Below, piece after piece: positions 59,494 to 64,000 of a DNA stretch of 64,000 nucleotides. The stretch's first letter is position 1. Each line of letters opens with the position of its first letter. The translations under genes were made by a program, and so were the position numbers. The DNA is taken from contig DATHMK010000015.1 of the NCBI GenBank assembly GCA_035487155.1, positions 67,840-131,839 of the forward strand, in the 5' to 3' direction. This DNA comes from Steroidobacteraceae bacterium. GTDB lineage: Bacteria > Pseudomonadota > Gammaproteobacteria > Steroidobacterales > Steroidobacteraceae. The notes below the pieces were generated by a model. It had not been told where the DNA came from and did not search any database. It was given only the letters and a program-made list of their open reading frames with translations.

Positions 59494-60215
59494 GTGCCCC
59501 AGGCAATGGCGCAAGGCATCGACAGCGCCAAGGGCGGCCAGGAGTACCCGTGCGTCAGCAACAAGACGATTCGGTTTCGATCGCCTCACACTGGCAGACT
59601 GCGTGTTCGTGCCTGGACGCTTGTCCGTCGAGTATGTCCTGCCGGCGGTTCGCGTCGAGACGCCAATCCCGGAAATTTCAAAAGTCGCTGCCTATTGGAC
59701 TGAAATCCAGAATACCGAACACGCAAGCAGCGTGTCGTTCGAACTGAACATCGGTCTCGAAGAACGCCGTGAAGAAATCCGCAGCGGCGCCTGGGAGCGG
59801 TTCAAGGCCGAGAGGGCCGTGGTGCAGAAGGCGACGGATGCGGAAATGTTATGGGTTGCCAGTCGCGCGAATTCGATAGGCGCTCTTACTGGTCAACGAA
59901 TGCGGGTTCAGGCCTGAAAGGGCCAGGTGTGCTCTACGCGGAAAGAAAACGGTAAACCTTGTGCTTTGAAGCAAGTCGATTACGTGATTCGGGCGATGGC
60001 AGATCGGGGCTCATGTGCGCCAAGTCAACTTCCCGATAGCTGCCGGTCGCATCCATCAGCAGTGGGAGCACCTTCGCAAATAATCCGTTCCTCCGTCTCC
60101 AAGGGATGTCGAGCCGGTGTGAATCATCCGCCGGCAACCGAGCAGGATGCGTCGACGGAACCAAGGGCGCAAAAGTCGGTCAGATGGAGTTTGCAGGTGA
60201 AATGGGAGAGTATCC

Positions 60216-60998
60216 GTGCCGGTAAACCGACGAACTTTCTTGGCAATCGGAGCCTCCAGTTTGCTCGCTGACGCTGGCGCGTCCACCAGCTCGGGCCAGA
60301 CCACCAAGTGGTCTCACATCAAGGCGGTCGCTTTCGATGCCTTCCCGGTGTTTGACTCCAGACCGATACTTCGTGCCTGCGAGGAGCAGTTCCCTGGCCT
60401 GGGCACTGAATTGAACGCTGCGTGGCGCACCAGACAGTTCGAGTATCAATGGCTACGTGCACTTGCCGGACAGTATGAGGATTTTTGGCAGACCACCCAA
60501 AGTGCACTCGAGTTCGCCGCGCGAGACCTGAAGCTCGAACTGTCCAGCAGCGCACGCCAACGTCTGATGCAGGGGTACCTGACTCTGAAGGCGTGGCCAG
60601 ATGTGGCGGACGTGCTCGCCGAGCTTAGGCGATCCGGGATGAAAGTTGCTCTGCTCTCCAATGTCACTCCACAAATGTTAGAAGGTGGAATACGGAGTGC
60701 CGGATTGCACGAGTTGTTCGATCACGTCATCAGTACGGATCGAATCAGATCCTTCAAGCCCGATCCACGCGCCTATCAACTCGGCGTAGATGTACTCCGC
60801 CTCCACAAAGAAGAGATTATGTTCGTCGCGTTTGCGGGTTGGGATGTCGCTGGCGCGAAGTGGTTTGGGTACCCGACATTCTGGAACAACCGGCAAAACG
60901 CGACCAGCGAGCAATTGGATATAAGCCCGGACGGTAATGGGCAGTCGCTCTATGAATTGGTCGCCTTTCTCTCCGATTCTCACGCTCCGGAAGCTTGA
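60216..60998 (+). CDS. Type II haloacid dehalogenase (HAD superfamily) with twin-arginine signal
   Basis: VNRRTFLAIGASS Tat-like motif. IKAVAFDAFPVFD (nucleophile Asp), LSNVTPQML, SFKPDPRAY and FVAFAGWDVAGAKWFGYPTFWNNR match L-2-haloacid dehalogenase motifs. Confidence 0.78.
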   Translation: MPVNRRTFLAIGASSLLADAGASTSSGQTTKWSHIKAVAFDAFPVFDSRPILRACEEQFPGLGTELNAAWRTRQFEYQWLRALAGQYEDFWQTTQSALEFAARDLKLELSSSARQRLMQGYLTLKAWPDVADVLAELRRSGMKVALLSNVTPQMLEGGIRSAGLHELFDHVISTDRIRSFKPDPRAYQLGVDVLRLHKEEIMFVAFAGWDVAGAKWFGYPTFWNNRQNATSEQLDISPDGNGQSLYELVAFLSDSHAPEA

Positions 60999-61039
60999 AT
61001 TGAGACGTCAGTCAACGGCGCTAAAAGGTTGCGAGTTGA

Positions 61040-61069
61040 TTGCCGGTCACCGCCGGGGGTGACCGGCAA
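61040..61069. terminator. Bidirectional terminator-like hairpin between convergent genes
   Basis: TTGCCGGTCACC-GCCGGG-GGTGACCGGCAA: a 12-bp perfect stem with a 6-nt loop. Confidence 0.5.
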
Positions 61070-61094
61070 GGTTGTTGCCAATGGGGGGCAGGAC

Positions 61095-62450
61095 TCAGTT
61101 GTGGAGAATGGAGGATTGCAGGATGGCCGCCGCTTTCTTTTCCGAGGCGGTCGCTTGTACATGAAGATGAAAATGGTACGATCCGGGCGATTCCACGGCC
61201 TCGATCATCGCCGACTCTCCATCTTTGATGATGACAGATGTCCGCCGGACGATCTGACCCTCATGCTGAATTGTGCAGTCAAGCAGGATCTCGCCGGACG
61301 TCGGAAGCGAATTGCCTTGCGCCAGTTCTTCGCCCCAGTCGGTTGATTGACCGGGGGCATCGGGGAGGTACGGCGTGCATCCGAAGCCGTATTGCCCGAC
61401 ATGCAACAGCGGCTCGCCGGTGTCCTTGTCGTTAATTATCTCGCCAGAGTGGACGGAATACATCGTTGAATACTCTTGCAACAGGTGCAGATCGGAATTC
61501 GACACCTTCATATCAACGCCGATGAGTATCGCCGGCCCTGGGGCCACCAATGGCTGCGCGGCCCATGCCGTGTATGTTACGGCGCCGGTGAGGGCAGCGA
61601 TGAACGTCAGTGCGGCAAGCCGGCGTGACCTCACGGGAAGCGGGCGCTTGAGCATGGCAACTCTCTCCTTGAGTGGATGGATGGACTGCCAATGGCAGCC
61701 AACGGATAACCGCCACGCGGACTCCGTAGCGAGTTGAGTCTTCAGCAACGCCTCTGCGTAGCGGCGCCGCGCAACGTCACGCCCAAGCAGAACGTAGGCG
61801 TCACAGGCGAGTTCCTGGTCCATTCGAAGCCAAGCAAGCGCGGCGTATATCAGCGGATTGAACCAAAAGATGCAGAGCGCGAGCGATCCCAACACGTTGA
61901 CCGCAACATCGTGTCGGGTTGCGTGCGCGCGCTCATGGGCAAGGACCAACTCCTGCTCATCCCTGGGGTAGCGCGCCTCAAAATCCATCGGTACCACAAT
62001 CCTTGGATGTAACGCACCGACTACCATCGGCGTCATCACGTTGCCGCGATGGAATCCCCCCGCATCGGGAATCAACTCGCTGAGGGTTGGCGCAAACTGG
62101 CGTTGGCGCCTGATCATCAAGACCCCCGCGATAGTGAACCCGGCGCCCCACAATGCCAGGGCAATGTCGATGAGCGAAGTTCGACGATTAGGATCGGCGC
62201 GTCCTGTAACTGCTGCCGTCATCGCGGAACTGATATGTTGAGGGAGGACGACCGTTCGAACAAAATACACTTGCTTCGGTGCCGGCAGCAGGACCGCCAC
62301 CGCCATCGCTGGAACCAGAAGCCACAGCCAATATGCCACCTTTGCACCGGCCGCGACCCGCACTGGCCTGCGCAGCAGGCCAACCAAAGCCACGGCGATG
62401 CTTGTGGCAATCGTCGAATTCGCCAATACGCGGAACAAATCAGCGCTCAT
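61095..62450 (-). CDS. BlaR1/MecR1-like M56 peptidase signal transducer with non-PBP C-terminal domain
   Basis: Starts at MSADLFRVLANSTIA... TM helices and the HExxH motif LAHERAHATRHD. The C-terminal ~150 aa have no SxxK-type penicillin-binding motif. Confidence 0.78.
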   Translation of the reverse strand: MSADLFRVLANSTIATSIAVALVGLLRRPVRVAAGAKVAYWLWLLVPAMAVAVLLPAPKQVYFVRTVVLPQHISSAMTAAVTGRADPNRRTSLIDIALALWGAGFTIAGVLMIRRQRQFAPTLSELIPDAGGFHRGNVMTPMVVGALHPRIVVPMDFEARYPRDEQELVLAHERAHATRHDVAVNVLGSLALCIFWFNPLIYAALAWLRMDQELACDAYVLLGRDVARRRYAEALLKTQLATESAWRLSVGCHWQSIHPLKERVAMLKRPLPVRSRRLAALTFIAALTGAVTYTAWAAQPLVAPGPAILIGVDMKVSNSDLHLLQEYSTMYSVHSGEIINDKDTGEPLLHVGQYGFGCTPYLPDAPGQSTDWGEELAQGNSLPTSGEILLDCTIQHEGQIVRRTSVIIKDGESAMIEAVESPGSYHFHLHVQATASEKKAAAILQSSILHN

Positions 62451-62823
62451 CGTCGATGTCCTTAATGAGTTGTTTGAGCTCTTCAACGTCTTTTTTGGTG
62501 AGCTTCCTTTGCTGACTGAAATAAGAAACCAGCGGTGCAACCCGGCCTCCAAAAAGGCGGTCTACAAATCCATGACTTTCGGAGGATAGCCACTCATCCC
62601 GCGTGAGCACGGGTGAATAAATGTAGCGACGGTTCTCTTTGCGCGCGCGCAGCGCCCCTTTCTTTAGCAGGCGATTCAGCAGAGTCTTCACCGTGGGTTC
62701 TTGCCATTTCCCATGACGCAGCGCATCGACAACTTCCTCGCTGATGAGAGCACCGCGCGCCCAGAACACCTGCATCACAACGGATTCAGCCTCGCTAATC
62801 GGCGTCCGCTTCTTACCGCGCAT
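62440..62823 (-). CDS. BlaI/MecI/CopY family transcriptional repressor
   Basis: Starts at MRGKKRTPISEAESVVMQVFWARG...TVKTLLNRLLKKGAL...YSPVLTRDEW. The 3' end overlaps the BlaR1-like start by 11 nt. Confidence 0.85.
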   Translation of the reverse strand: MRGKKRTPISEAESVVMQVFWARGALISEEVVDALRHGKWQEPTVKTLLNRLLKKGALRARKENRRYIYSPVLTRDEWLSSESHGFVDRLFGGRVAPLVSYFSQQRKLTKKDVEELKQLIKDIDDER

Positions 62824-62866
62824 CTTTTTTGCTCCATCGGTTACAGGCGTAATCCTACAACAATAA

Positions 62867-62878
62867 TTACACATGTAA
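62867..62878. promoter_or_regulatory. Candidate BlaI-type operator half-palindrome upstream of the repressor gene
   Basis: TTACACATGTAA lies 44 nt upstream of the repressor start. It resembles the TACA/TGTA dyad recognised by BlaI/MecI-family repressors. Confidence 0.33.
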
Positions 62879-63073
62879 ACAACCGATGCAATAACGTGGC
62901 TAGTTAAGACACCTAACCGGTGGCATCAGAATCTGTTTGAGGAGTCACGCCGCAGGGCCGATGAACCGTCGAGGCAGCAAGCCGGGCAGCCACTGTCGTG
63001 CCGGCCCGCAACGGTCCGTCCCTGAAGCCGACTTGGGAATGTCCGCCCGGCTCGCTCATGGCCCATCTGCGGC

Positions 63074-63850
63074 TCAAATCGCGAGGGCAAACCCAGGTCC
63101 AAGGAACACCATCGACGCAGCTCCAATGAATACGGCGATAACGATCCAAGGGACCGAGCAAGTCAGGGTGGCTGCCGCGCCGTCAGCTGATGACAATCGC
63201 TCCGCTCTTGCTGGCGTAAACAACAGGCCGATCGAAAGCAGCAGGGATTGCGGCGCGCCATGGCGCACTATGGCCGCAGCAGCATTATGGTCGAACGCCG
63301 CAGTCGCACACGCAATGGCGCCGGCGGTGAGCCATGCCGTTGCAACGATCGTCTTCGCGCGGGTTCGGGGATGTCCAAAGGGTGCCATCTGAGACCCGAT
63401 GAATCGCACGGTAAGAACGTATAGCAGAGCGCCAAGCGCGATCATCGCGGATCGGACAGGTCCCCCAATGTGGAATTGCTGCATGGCCCACGCCCAGTCG
63501 TCTGTCCTGGTTGCCGCGCTGAAGACAAGTTGCAGTTCAATCCACAGCAGATTGAAGGCTGCCACCAGGATGACGAACAGTCGCATTGCGGTGGATGTGC
63601 GGTGCACAATGCGAATGCACAGCACCGCGGCAAGGCCAACCACGAGATTTGCAAATGGACCAGCCAAATCGATGGCAGATCCGGTAAGGGAACAATCCAC
63701 GAAAATAGAAGATAACGAACGAATCCGCCCGCCAAGCGCGAGGCATGCGGCACCATGTCCCAGAGCATGGTGAGCGACATCGGCGGAAACGTAAGCGAGC
63801 AGCCCAATCGCCCCAATAGTTGCGACATTGTCTTTGGATGCGGCGCCCAT
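63074..63850 (-). CDS. Polytopic membrane protein, M50B-like with degenerate metal motif
   Basis: N-terminal VAHHALGHGAACLALGGRI resembles the HExGH...GG motif of M50B-like zincins, but has Ala where the catalytic Glu would be. About seven TM helices. Confidence 0.45.
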   Translation of the reverse strand: MGAASKDNVATIGAIGLLAYVSADVAHHALGHGAACLALGGRIRSLSSIFVDCSLTGSAIDLAGPFANLVVGLAAVLCIRIVHRTSTAMRLFVILVAAFNLLWIELQLVFSAATRTDDWAWAMQQFHIGGPVRSAMIALGALLYVLTVRFIGSQMAPFGHPRTRAKTIVATAWLTAGAIACATAAFDHNAAAAIVRHGAPQSLLLSIGLLFTPARAERLSSADGAAATLTCSVPWIVIAVFIGAASMVFLGPGFALAI

Positions 63851-64000
63851 TGTGGGAAGGATACAGGTGAATCAATGGCAACAGCGCGGTTGCATTGAAC
63901 TCTTAGCGACCAAAATGCTGCCGTTGGCGACCGACAGCAATGGCTCAACAGCTGGCTTCAGCCGAAATAGGAGCAACTGTCAGCGATGACTCTGCAGGAG

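Noticed and set aside
59603-59917. 104-aa plus-strand ORF in the gene-poor stretch.
   Set aside because: It has no recognisable domain, no clear ribosome-binding site, and begins inside an apparently non-coding region. It is kept only as part of the decayed-region finding.

Overview
High-GC, densely coding proteobacterial chromosome segment. The gene order looks gammaproteobacterial, but that is inference only. I saw no rRNA, tRNA, CRISPR array, transposase or integrase.

The left ~42 kb is mostly housekeeping:
- trkA (partial) and uvrD.
- A TonB receptor / YfiR-like / CHASE8 hybrid kinase module.
- A complete aa3-type cytochrome c oxidase structural and assembly cluster: DUF2244-coxB-coxA-small ORF-ctaG-coxC, SURF1, a CxxxC protein, ctaA and ctaB.
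- bioB-bioF-bioC-bioD.
- A Tat-signal carotenoid-cleavage-type oxygenase.
- ubiA-recG-ridA-spoT-rpoZ-gmk.
- A second TonB receptor with amidohydrolase and methyltransferase genes.
- An esterase / membrane protein / HExxH operon, an M32 carboxypeptidase and trxC.

The most unusual region is about 42.35-54.55 kb. It is a tightly packed ~12 kb cluster that I cannot assign to any pathway I recognise. It encodes:
- Three cobalamin-type (class B) radical SAM enzymes.
- Three SAM methyltransferases.
- A stand-alone HprK-like P-loop protein.
- A fused Gfo/Idh/MocA plus D-2-hydroxyacid dehydrogenase.
- A flavin-reductase-like protein.
- A 495-aa unknown protein.

The cluster has no recognisable scaffold enzyme, precursor peptide, transporter or regulator.

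From about 54.55 kb to the window end the composition looks more AT-rich by eye (not computed). The genes there are accessory in character: PadR plus a membrane partner, lipoproteins, a TPR/TolB-like protein, a SnoaL-like protein, a Tat-signal haloacid dehalogenase, BlaI/BlaR1-like genes and a degenerate M50B-like protein.

All functional calls come from reading motifs in the supplied translations. No database search was run. Many start codons are uncertain.
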